DNA of 64,000 nucleotides from Planctomycetota bacterium (lineage in GTDB: Bacteria; Planctomycetota; UBA8108; SXIK01): positions 7,520,001-7,584,000 of the forward strand of contig OZ244999.1 in the NCBI GenBank assembly GCA_965223265.1, written 5' to 3'. Shown in pieces: positions 27,418 through 36,087 of this stretch (its first letter is position 1; every line of letters begins with the position of its first letter). The notes under the pieces are model-generated. The model did not search any database. It was not told the DNA's origin and saw only the letters and a program-made list of their open reading frames with translations. A program made the position numbers and the translations under genes.

Positions 27418-29193
27418 CTAGGCCGTCGTCTGTTTCTGGGCGGGAACGAACTTGCCGGCGCGGTAGTCTGCCTCGTAAGCGTCGAGAGCTCGCCGCACTT
27501 CGCCGCTCAGGAAGTAGAGCCCGAAGACGTTAGGGAGCGCCATAAGGAGGATCATCAGGTCGCCGAACTCGAGGGCGTTCTTGCCGCTCATGACGGATCC
27601 GAGAAAGACGAAGAAGAGAAACAGAAATTTGTACGCCAGTGAGCTCCGCGGTCCGAACAGATTCGTCCAGCAGCGCTCGCCATAGTAGGACCAGGAGATC
27701 ATCGTCGAAAACGCGAACAGCACGACAGCGCTCAGGAGCACCCAAGGGAACCATCCCGCCAGCGCCGGCACTGTCTTGAACGCGGCGTTCGTCAGCGCCG
27801 CGCCGTGCTTTCCTGAGACGAGCTCAGCGTGCTCCGGGGCGTTGTAGACTCCGGTGATGACGATCACCAAGGCCGTCATCGTGCAAACGACGATGGTATC
27901 GATGAACGGCTCAAGGAGTGCGACAACCCCCTCCCGTACGGGATAGGGAGTTCTGGCCGCAGAGTGCGCAATCGACGCCGAACCGACGCCCGCTTCGTTC
28001 GAAAACGCCGCTCGCCTGAATCCCATGACAAGCGCGCCGATGGCACCGCCGTACATCGCTTCGCCTGAAAACGCACTGCCAAAAATCACCCCGAGCGCCG
28101 CCGGAATCTCGCCGACGTTGGCGCCCAGAATACAAAGACACGCGATCACATAGACGCCGCACATGACCGGCACGATCGCCTCGGCAGTGTGCGCGATGCG
28201 TCGGATACCGCCAATGATCACAATCCCCACGAGGACAGCCATGACGACGCCATAGACCCAGCCGTTCTCCTGAAAGAACGGCACCTGATCAGCAAGGATG
28301 CTCTTCGACTGGAAGACCTGAAAGGCATTGCCGCCGGCGACACTACCGCCGATACAAAAGATCGCGAACAGAATCGAGAGTGGCACACCGAGACCAGCGA
28401 GACCTTGGCGCGCCAATCCGTCCTTGAGGTAGTGCATGGGACCGCCGGAGACGTGCCCCTGCTCATCGACGTGGCGGTACATCTGACCGAGCGTGCACTC
28501 GGTGAACTTGAGCGACATGCCGAGAAAACCGGCAACGATCATCCAAAACGTTGCGCCGGGGCCGCCGAGCGAGACGGCGATGGCAACACCAGCGATATTG
28601 CCAAGGCCGACCGTAGCCGACAGCGCAGCGGAGAGCGCCTGGAAGTGTGTCACCTCGCCGGTAGCTTGCGGGTCGGAATACTTGCCGCGGACGACGCTCA
28701 GGGCGTGCCGAAACAGGCGCAGGTTGACGAATCGCATTCTGAGCGTAAAGAAAACCGCGCCGACGATCAGCCACACAACGACGAATGGCACCGTGACAAC
28801 TGCCGGTTCACCGGTCGGCCCGAGCACTTCCTGACCTCTCGAGTCCTTCGCTGCCTCTTCGCTGACCCCGATCCATGGACCGACGTTGTAGAACGGCACC
28901 GCGACGACGTACTCGAGAACTAAACCGATCTTGTCGTCGATCCGCTGTTCCCACTGGCGCGCCGATTCCCAAGGCGAAGCGTCAGCGCTCTTCTCCGCGG
29001 CAGATCCGTCGCCAGGTGACGTTGCCGTCGCACTCTGGCTGGCCTGGCCGTCGCTACTGGCTTTGGACGTCGTGGTCTCGCTTGGCGTCTCCTGGGCCAC
29101 CAGCGCCGCAGGTGAGATCAGGATCGTCGGCTGCTGAAACAGCACGAGCACGAACAGAAGGATGAGCTGCCTCGATTTCACTTCGAACCTCAT
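27418..29193 (-). CDS. Alanine/glycine:cation symporter (AGCS family)
   Basis: FQALSAALSATVGLGNIAGVA, GGPGATFWM, GGPMHY, RAAFSNEAG.GS, EPFIDTIVVCT.T and FSTMISWSYYG. Confidence 0.95.
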   Translation of the reverse strand: MRFEVKSRQLILLFVLVLFQQPTILISPAALVAQETPSETTTSKASSDGQASQSATATSPGDGSAAEKSADASPWESARQWEQRIDDKIGLVLEYVVAVPFYNVGPWIGVSEEAAKDSRGQEVLGPTGEPAVVTVPFVVVWLIVGAVFFTLRMRFVNLRLFRHALSVVRGKYSDPQATGEVTHFQALSAALSATVGLGNIAGVAIAVSLGGPGATFWMIVAGFLGMSLKFTECTLGQMYRHVDEQGHVSGGPMHYLKDGLARQGLAGLGVPLSILFAIFCIGGSVAGGNAFQVFQSKSILADQVPFFQENGWVYGVVMAVLVGIVIIGGIRRIAHTAEAIVPVMCGVYVIACLCILGANVGEIPAALGVIFGSAFSGEAMYGGAIGALVMGFRRAAFSNEAGVGSASIAHSAARTPYPVREGVVALLEPFIDTIVVCTMTALVIVITGVYNAPEHAELVSGKHGAALTNAAFKTVPALAGWFPWVLLSAVVLFAFSTMISWSYYGERCWTNLFGPRSSLAYKFLFLFFVFLGSVMSGKNALEFGDLMILLMALPNVFGLYFLSGEVRRALDAYEADYRAGKFVPAQKQTTA

Positions 29194-29373
29194 GCCGAGC
29201 CTGAATTTTCCTTGTTGCGACGACTCACCATAGAGTCATCTATTCACCGTTTCAACTACATGCTCGCACGCGCTAGGGTCGTGCTGTTCGACGGTGTGGC
29301 GCGCGCGGCGCCGAGAAGTACCTCTCGCTCGACGTGCCGGACCCTCGAACTCAGGCGCGACGTTGCCACTCTT

Positions 29374-30018
29374 ATGATCGGCGAATCCAGCCATCGACCT
29401 TCACAGACGGCCTGCACAGACGGCTGCAGACTCCACCGCCCTCTGGTTACGCTGCTGTGGGCAGTGCCGCTTCTGCTCGTGGGAGGCTGTCACCATCTCG
29501 TGTCGCCGCCTGTGCCATCAACGCTTCCGTCCGACGAATCCCAACTGTTCCCACCGGACGAGCGACGGCTGGTTCGCCTCACGAACGGCTACGAGACCGA
29601 GGAAATCGTCTGGTTTCGGAGTGAAGGCCTCCACGCGCTTGGAGCCGATCAGCGTGAATGGACCGAACACGTCCTGCGTCTACTTGAGCGCGAGCTCATG
29701 CGACGCGGCGTCGAAGTCGTCCTCGGCGTCGCCGGCAGCCGCTCACCGCCGCGCGCCGCAGGCTCGCTGCAGATTCAGGTCACTCACATAGAACCGCCGA
29801 CGCGCGAAACCCGCACCGGCGCCAAGCTCGTCGCCACGGTCGCCAGTGATGATGGCAAGTTACTCCGAGAGTTCCAATCCGTTGACGACACGTCGTTCCG
29901 AGCTGCGCTGTATGATTTGCAGCGCACGATCCTCGCAGACACCGCCCTCCGTGCGTGGATTCGCGAGCTCCGTTCTCCTCACGATCAACACGACTCCCGC
30001 GCACACGCTCGGCGTTGA
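29374..30018 (+). CDS. Hypothetical protein, probable lipoprotein
   Basis: A hydrophobic segment ends in a lipobox-like LVGGC. The start is uncertain. Confidence 0.5.
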   Translation: MIGESSHRPSQTACTDGCRLHRPLVTLLWAVPLLLVGGCHHLVSPPVPSTLPSDESQLFPPDERRLVRLTNGYETEEIVWFRSEGLHALGADQREWTEHVLRLLERELMRRGVEVVLGVAGSRSPPRAAGSLQIQVTHIEPPTRETRTGAKLVATVASDDGKLLREFQSVDDTSFRAALYDLQRTILADTALRAWIRELRSPHDQHDSRAHARR

Positions 30019-30089
30019 CTCAACACGGCTGGCGCTCCGATCTCGGCCGACCCAACTCTGTCATACCGACGATTAGCAGCTTGTTGAAG

Positions 30090-30584
30090 ATGCCCCACTT
30101 GATTTTCGCAACTCTCCGATCGCGATCGCTCTGGAGGATTGCACTCGAAACCGAGGAAATCAGCATCGGTTCGGCCAAAAACGCGACGGTCACGGTAGCC
30201 GATCCGCGGCTGGCAGCGCGCGAAGTCTTGATCCACAGCAGCAAAGCCGGGTTTCAGCTGGTCGACTTGGCGCGACGCCGGACCGTGTATGTCAACGGCC
30301 GAATCGCAAGCTCCACAATAGCGTTGGCCGACGGAGATTGTGTTCGCGTCGGTGACACGTGCTTCATGTTCCTGGTGGCCACGGAGCCCAGCGCCGAGAT
30401 GCTATCGAAGCGCGTGCGACAGCTGACAAGCCACATCGTCTCACCGCAGCAACTCGCCGCGCGCGAAGAGTCTCTCGGCGCCTCCCGGGCGCAGCCGCAG
30501 TGGCTGCGAACGGTCGCGATGATTCTCTGCGGCTTGGCGCTCGGAACCGTGGTCGCGATAGCCTACGCGCAACTCGCGCCGTAA
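30090..30584 (+). CDS. FHA-like domain protein with C-terminal TM anchor
   Basis: ISIGS...VTV.D, LVDL, VYVNG and LADGD.VRVG fit the FHA pattern. A hydrophobic helix ends the protein. Confidence 0.7.
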   Translation: MPHLIFATLRSRSLWRIALETEEISIGSAKNATVTVADPRLAAREVLIHSSKAGFQLVDLARRRTVYVNGRIASSTIALADGDCVRVGDTCFMFLVATEPSAEMLSKRVRQLTSHIVSPQQLAAREESLGASRAQPQWLRTVAMILCGLALGTVVAIAYAQLAP

Positions 30585-30605
30585 CTACACACTCTTTTGG
30601 GTTAA

Positions 30606-30777
30606 CAGCCTGTTGAAAAAGTGCTTCGAGCCGAAAACTGGTCTCTTCGCGTCCAGATCGGCCGCGGCAAACGCAGGTAATCTCCGAGCCCTCTTCTATA
30701 AGGCGGCGAGTATTGACGCGGTCGAGCTGGGCGTGAAGAGGCCGGTTTCTCGGCCGAATGACTTTTTCAACGGGCTG
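30606..30777. mobile_element. MITE copy 1 (172 bp, 17-bp TIRs, TTAA target-site duplication)
   Basis: Ends CAGCCTGTTGAAAAAGT ... ACTTTTTCAACGGGCTG, flanked by TTAA at 30602-30605 and 30778-30781. Nearly identical in reverse orientation to 51583-51741. Confidence 0.85.
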
Positions 30778-30840
30778 TTAACCTCGAGTTTGGCCATTTC
30801 GCGTCGAGCCTGCCGCGAAGCGGCTTCCTTGAACTCGAGG

Positions 30841-31704
30841 CTAGGTCACCGGGCGCCTGCGCCGTCGATTGCGCGCCACCTTCCGGTCACCCCAAATCTT
30901 CGCGCCTCGAAGCATCTTCTCGCGCCGACTTGACGACGCTGACGGCTGCACGGCCAGCTCTGCAAGGTAGGCATCGATCAGCGCCTCCCAGTCCGCGGCC
31001 GTGACTCCCGCAGCTACGACCGCAGGCGCGCGAAAGCTGACACCGAGGCGCGCGAGGTCTCGTAGACGAATACGCTCCGACGGCGAGCCGCGGAGCCGAC
31101 TCATGCCTTCGAAGTCGATGAGGCTGACAGCAAACTCATCGCCTTCTTCCGACACCAAAATGTTGGCGGCCTTGAGATCTCGTTGGCGAAATCCGGCGTT
31201 GTGCATCGCCGCGATCGATCGCCCGAGGGAGCTGACAAGCGCTGCCATCGCACGCTCCCGCTCCGCCCCGCGTTTCGTGACCAAGTGGCGCGTCAAGTAG
31301 GCGAACAGATCAGGCGCTTCGAGTCGTTCAAGGATCAAACAACTCTCACTGCCCTGACCGGGAAGCGCGCGGTCGATCAGCCCCAAGGTTCGGACCGTAG
31401 GCACACCCGCCGCGGCTAGCGACAGACCTAGCCGAAAGGCGCGGAGGGCTCGAGCTGGCCGGCCCAGCAGTGCGCACACCACCTGCCGGCGCAGCGACAT
31501 TGTGTGGCGCTTCGCGAAGAGCTCCGCCTGCGCCGTCGACACGCGAGCAATGCGTCCGCGCATGCCGTGGCCGCACTGTGGCTGCTCGAACCAAGTCTCA
31601 TAGTCGCTCAGCCAACCACGCACAACCTCTTCAGAGAGGTCGGAAACGTAGGTGACGTGAAACGGCGGAGAGGAAATCGTTCGCGTGGGCGGGCGTTGGA
31701 TCAT
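30841..31704 (-). CDS. Lipopolysaccharide kinase (InaA/Kdo/WaaP family)
   Basis: LFAKR, L..AGVPT, A.MH.AGF.QRDLK..NILV, LIDFE and R.RDLARL. The start is uncertain; the ORF opens at 31812. Confidence 0.8.
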   Translation of the reverse strand: MIQRPPTRTISSPPFHVTYVSDLSEEVVRGWLSDYETWFEQPQCGHGMRGRIARVSTAQAELFAKRHTMSLRRQVVCALLGRPARALRAFRLGLSLAAAGVPTVRTLGLIDRALPGQGSESCLILERLEAPDLFAYLTRHLVTKRGAERERAMAALVSSLGRSIAAMHNAGFRQRDLKAANILVSEEGDEFAVSLIDFEGMSRLRGSPSERIRLRDLARLGVSFRAPAVVAAGVTAADWEALIDAYLAELAVQPSASSSRREKMLRGAKIWGDRKVARNRRRRRPVT

Positions 31705-32190
31705 GTTCAAGACGGGTCCGGCCGAACCAGTTCGCCGTCGGCCTAGCCCGCAAAGAGCAGGGCGACGGCAATGGCGCGCGAGCATATCATCTTGTTCGAT
31801 GGCGCACGTCACAGATTCATCCGCGGGCGTTGTCTTTTTCTGCTTGCAAGGGTTAGATGGAGCTGCTAAAGAATAGCGGCTTCAGTAGTTAGAGAAATCG
31901 AAAAAGCGCCGTCAGCCGCCAGATCCGATCGTCAAGCGTGAGCCCAGCGCGTACGGCAAAGGCCCGCGGAGCTTTCGGGGTGCGCGGGGCCGGCCCAGTG
32001 CTCGCCCGGCTCGTCGAGCATGACGGCACCAGCGGCCCGGTTAGGCGCCTTCGGGTCAAGAGTGGGTCACGCGATGGTCAAGAGTGCGGTTGCCGCGGAA
32101 TCGACTCTGGGACTCGCGGGGAATATGTGGTTTTCTATGTTTTCGTGAACGTTTGCGTGCCGGTGGCAACTCGCCAAAAAACGCCTCGAA

Positions 32191-32317
32191 CCGCGTCCGG
32201 TTAAGCCGCAGCGACGCAGAGAATCCCGATTTCTTCAAACATGGCCACGAGAATTGACGCGGTCGAGCTGGACCCCAGGAAACCTGTTCTCGGTCGTTTG
32301 GCTTTTTCAGCGGGGCT
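32191..32317. mobile_element. Decayed, partial third copy of the MITE
   Basis: Shares CGCGTCC..., GAG.ATTGACGCGGTCGAGCTGG and TTCTCGG.CG..TG.CTTTTTCA with copy 1, in the same order. The left TIR is not recognisable. Confidence 0.65.
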
Positions 32318-32480
32318 TTTGGGAACAGGGCGGATGGTAAGATCTTGTCCGTTCGCCCGATCTGCTCGTACAAGGAACACCCACGTGAACAACTGGTGCC
32401 CGAGCCTCCAAGACTGCGGCGGCGACGCTGCGCCGAAACGGAGCTCGCGCCCGCATGGGCGCTTGCAGGAGTGAAGCTCA

Positions 32481-33956
32481 TTGGTCAGGGCGTACGGAAA
32501 CCTAGTTAGTTCGGCGCAGTCGACGCTGGCGGCGGAAACTCGTTCACTCCACGAGGGAACGAACGGGCGTGGATCAGCGCTCTTTCCATTTCTCGTCGAT
32601 TCGCTCTACCTCGGCGGCTTACTGGTCACTGTGCCTTATCTTGTGTGTGCCGGCCGTGGTCGACAACTGGCCGACCACCTGCGGCGCCAGTCTCGCCAAG
32701 TGCCGACACGCCAAAGCGACAAGCCCTGCGTTTGGGTGCACGGCGTTTCGGTCGGGGAAATCCTCAGCGCACGTCACTTTCTGCAGCAGTTCGCCGCAGC
32801 CTACGCCGATTGGGATATCGTACTTTCGACGACGACCAAAGCTGGCATCGAAGCCGGAGAAATCCATTTCCCCGAGCGCAGCGTCGTGACGTATCCGTTC
32901 GACCTCAGCTTTCTCGTTCGGCGCGCGTTCGAGCGCATCCGGCCCGACCTTGTGCTGATTGTGGAGCACGAGCTTTGGCCCAACTTCCTGCGCTGCGCCG
33001 CCAGTCGTGGCGTGCCAGTGGCCATCGTCAACGGGCGCCTTTCAGAGCGGTCGCTGCGCGGCTACCGCTGGCTTTCGCGCGTTATGGCATGGCCTCCAAA
33101 AAACGTACTGCGCGTCTGCGTCGAAGACGACACAAGCGCTGACGGCTTCGAGGAGCTCGGAGTGCCGCGCGAGCGCATCGTGGTCACCGGCAATTTCAAG
33201 TTCGACAACCACATCGAAGCCGTCGATGGAACGCGCTCGTCTCTAAAGCTTACGAGCGAGGATTGGGTGGTCGTGGCGGCGAGCACACACCCAGGCGAGG
33301 AAGAGATCGTTCTGGACGCCTACCGCAAACTCCTTGCGGGAGACCAGCGCTGCCGTCTATTCGTCGTCCCTCGGCGAATCGAACGTAGTGCAGAAATCAG
33401 CCGCATGATCGAAAAGAGAGGTTTGCGGCCGCTACTTTGGAGTCAGTTGGGTAACGTCAACGGGCACCACGCGCCCGCGGCCGAACGCTCACGCGTGGCT
33501 GTCGGCGGCCCTGATCGCGCTTTGACGAGTAGCCGCAACCCTGCGGGCAGAATTGGCCAAAACGAGGTGGTCGTGGTCGATTCGATCGGCGAGCTGCAGC
33601 GGGTTGCAACGTGCGCCGACGTGGTTTTCGTCGGCGGCTCTCTCGTCCCGTTCGGCGGGCACAACGTCATCGAACCCGCAAGTGTCGGGCGTCCGGTGGT
33701 CGTCGGTCCGCACACTCACAACTTCCGTCAAGTGATCGCCAAGTTTCAGGCTCGGGATGCCTTGGTCGTCGTTCGCGACGCTGACGAACTGCACAAACGC
33801 TTAGAGGAACTCAAGCAGCAGCGGGGTCTAGCTGAGGCCATCGGCCAGCGCGGTGCAGAGACGGTGGCGCAAAACGTCGGCGCGAGCGAGCGAACGCTCG
33901 ACGCCCTGCGCCCGATCGTCGACGAGTTGAGCAAGCCGCAGGGCCGATCGCCCTGA
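32481..33956 (+). CDS. waaA: 3-deoxy-D-manno-octulosonic acid (Kdo) transferase
   Basis: WVHGVSVGE, STTT..G, PFD, E.ELWPN, NGRLS.RS, TGN.KFD, ASTHPGEE, VPR, D.IGEL and FVGGSL..GGHN.IEPA. Confidence 0.92.
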   Translation: MVRAYGNLVSSAQSTLAAETRSLHEGTNGRGSALFPFLVDSLYLGGLLVTVPYLVCAGRGRQLADHLRRQSRQVPTRQSDKPCVWVHGVSVGEILSARHFLQQFAAAYADWDIVLSTTTKAGIEAGEIHFPERSVVTYPFDLSFLVRRAFERIRPDLVLIVEHELWPNFLRCAASRGVPVAIVNGRLSERSLRGYRWLSRVMAWPPKNVLRVCVEDDTSADGFEELGVPRERIVVTGNFKFDNHIEAVDGTRSSLKLTSEDWVVVAASTHPGEEEIVLDAYRKLLAGDQRCRLFVVPRRIERSAEISRMIEKRGLRPLLWSQLGNVNGHHAPAAERSRVAVGGPDRALTSSRNPAGRIGQNEVVVVDSIGELQRVATCADVVFVGGSLVPFGGHNVIEPASVGRPVVVGPHTHNFRQVIAKFQARDALVVVRDADELHKRLEELKQQRGLAEAIGQRGAETVAQNVGASERTLDALRPIVDELSKPQGRSP

Positions 33957-34031
33957 GCGGTTCCTGTTTCGCCCCGTCGACAGGACGCTCGCCACCGGAG
34001 ACGCCCGCGCCGTGCGCCACTATCGGTCGTC

Positions 34032-34997
34032 TCACCCACGAGCGATCGCGTCGCGAAGTCGATCGAGGTGACGCGGTACGGCTTCAATCGCGGGTGCGGA
34101 GGCTTCGTACTCGAGAGCGACGAAACCGCGGTAGTTGGCGTGGCGCAAAATCTCGACGACGCGCTGCAGGTCGCTGCCGGTCTTGCCGCCCGCAGGAGTG
34201 CGCACCTCGACCTTGACCTGGACACTCACGGCATACCGTGCTGTTTTCCCGATCTCGTCATAAGGGCGGTGATGAAAATTACCGGTGTCGAGATTGACGC
34301 CGAGCCATGGAGAATCGACGCCGCGGACGAGACGCAGCAGTTGATCCGCCGTCGAAGTGATGCCGCCGTGATTCTCGAGCGCTAAAACGACACCACGTTC
34401 GCCGGCATAGGAGGCGACCTCTCGGAGGGCGGCGACGGCCCAGTCCACGGCCTGCGATTCAGTGGCGCCGTTGGGAACGCTGCCGGCGAAAACGCGGATC
34501 GTTTGCGAACCAAGAATGGCTACGTGGTCGATCCACTCCTTGACGTGTCGGATCTGCTGGTCGCGTTTGTCGCCAGGCGGGAGACAAAAATTGTTTCCCA
34601 CCGGAGTGCCGCTGATCGTCAGCCCGTTGACGTACGCCCGCCGCCGTAACTCGCAGAGATACGCCCGGTCCGTCTGACGAAAGTAGTAGGATGTCAGTTC
34701 CGTACCGTCGAGTCTGTGGCGAGCACAAAAGTCGATGAAGTCGGTGAGAGTCATGCGTCCGGAATTGAGCTCACGGCGAAACGAGTAGGCCGCGCAGCTG
34801 AGGCGCAAGTGCGACGCATGATATCGGCCCTGCACTGCGGGCGATGCAGCGGCGGCAGCGCGGCGCAGACCGCGAGCCGTTTCGAGCGGCGAGAGCGCCG
34901 CCGCTGCTCCCAGAAAGGCTGCGGAACGAAGCAAACGACGCCGCGGCAACGACACCGCGGACCGTCTCAACTGTTGATCAATCAAAGAGTTGTCCAT
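34032..34997 (-). CDS. Sugar phosphate isomerase/epimerase (xylose isomerase-like TIM barrel) with Tat-like signal
   Basis: RRRLL signal, AAYSFR, ELTSYYF, IRVFAG, LENHGG, NLDTGNF and LEYE. GAGGAGG RBS precedes the ATG at 34997. Confidence 0.9.
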   Translation of the reverse strand: MDNSLIDQQLRRSAVSLPRRRLLRSAAFLGAAAALSPLETARGLRRAAAAASPAVQGRYHASHLRLSCAAYSFRRELNSGRMTLTDFIDFCARHRLDGTELTSYYFRQTDRAYLCELRRRAYVNGLTISGTPVGNNFCLPPGDKRDQQIRHVKEWIDHVAILGSQTIRVFAGSVPNGATESQAVDWAVAALREVASYAGERGVVLALENHGGITSTADQLLRLVRGVDSPWLGVNLDTGNFHHRPYDEIGKTARYAVSVQVKVEVRTPAGGKTGSDLQRVVEILRHANYRGFVALEYEASAPAIEAVPRHLDRLRDAIARG

Positions 34998-35219
34998 CGT
35001 GATCCTCCTCGAGGCAGCAACGTCAGGCAGTGTCGTCGGTTGAAGTTCGTAGCCCGTCGGAAAACGCCTCAGTCGTGACGTAGAGGTGCGCTGCCCGGCC
35101 AACCACGGGCGCGCATCGGCGGGCAAGCCTCCTCCGACTCAAGATCGAGCCGATTCTCGGTCGAAGTTCCGACTGGCGCGAGTCTTTTTCTGCAACCGAA
35201 CCACCCGGATGAGCTCGAG

Positions 35220-35843
35220 ATGAAACTCTGCCTGAACTACCACCTGCTGAGAAACGCTCCCTTCGCCGTCGTCGTCGCCGTCCTCAGCAGCTGTGCCATT
35301 CCGATGCGTGAAGTGGACACTAAGAGAGCCTTCACGATTGCGCTCGATGCCAACAGCAAAGTGCAGATCCCAGGTCGGCAGATCAAGTTCTACGTCGACA
35401 TCACCAATCAAACGCCATACGAGATCCTCGTCGACGAAGTCGAGATCGAGCTACAGGTGCGCCCCGCGTGGGGCGGCGCTGCGAGCGCGAACAAGCGACC
35501 CGTCAGCCTGCGAGAGCAGTGGACGTACGCCTTCGACGCGGATGACCCTGCTCGGCAGCCACCAAAAATCGCCTCTGGTAGAAAGGTCACTCTGCCTGTG
35601 GTACCGGAGCTTGGAGCGGAGTTCGAACTCCATCTGCTCGCGGAAGGGAACTACGAGGTCGAAGCCCTCGTCAATGGAAGGTACCGCTCTGAGCCGTATC
35701 CGCTGCGCGTCGCGCGGCCCGATGTGACAAGGTTTCCGGTGCGTCACCATCGCCGCCGCGAGCAAAATTCGACGAATGGCGCGTTGCGTGATAACGTTGA
35801 AAGACAGCCTGACATTTCGAACGTCGAAAGGATGACAGAGTGA
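35220..35843 (+). CDS. Hypothetical lipoprotein
   Basis: Signal ends in VLSSC and the mature region is beta-rich. Confidence 0.6.
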   Translation: MKLCLNYHLLRNAPFAVVVAVLSSCAIPMREVDTKRAFTIALDANSKVQIPGRQIKFYVDITNQTPYEILVDEVEIELQVRPAWGGAASANKRPVSLREQWTYAFDADDPARQPPKIASGRKVTLPVVPELGAEFELHLLAEGNYEVEALVNGRYRSEPYPLRVARPDVTRFPVRHHRRREQNSTNGALRDNVERQPDISNVERMTE

Positions 35844-36087
35844 GCCCCAGAAACTCGCCCGCGCCGGCCCTCGGAGCCACTAACAAAGAGAAGCTCGGCT
35901 GCCTCGATCTTGGTCGCGAACGTGACGGATTTCGCCGCATACCGGAGGGACGACTGCCCGGAAAAGGGATTCGTCGTCGCATCTGGCTGCGTCAGCGCCA
36001 GCGCCTCGGCGGGCCTGCGACCCGCTGATCGCCCAAGTAGTCACGCTCACAGGCAGCCGCTTTCCGAAATACCTCGGCTGCTCGTCA

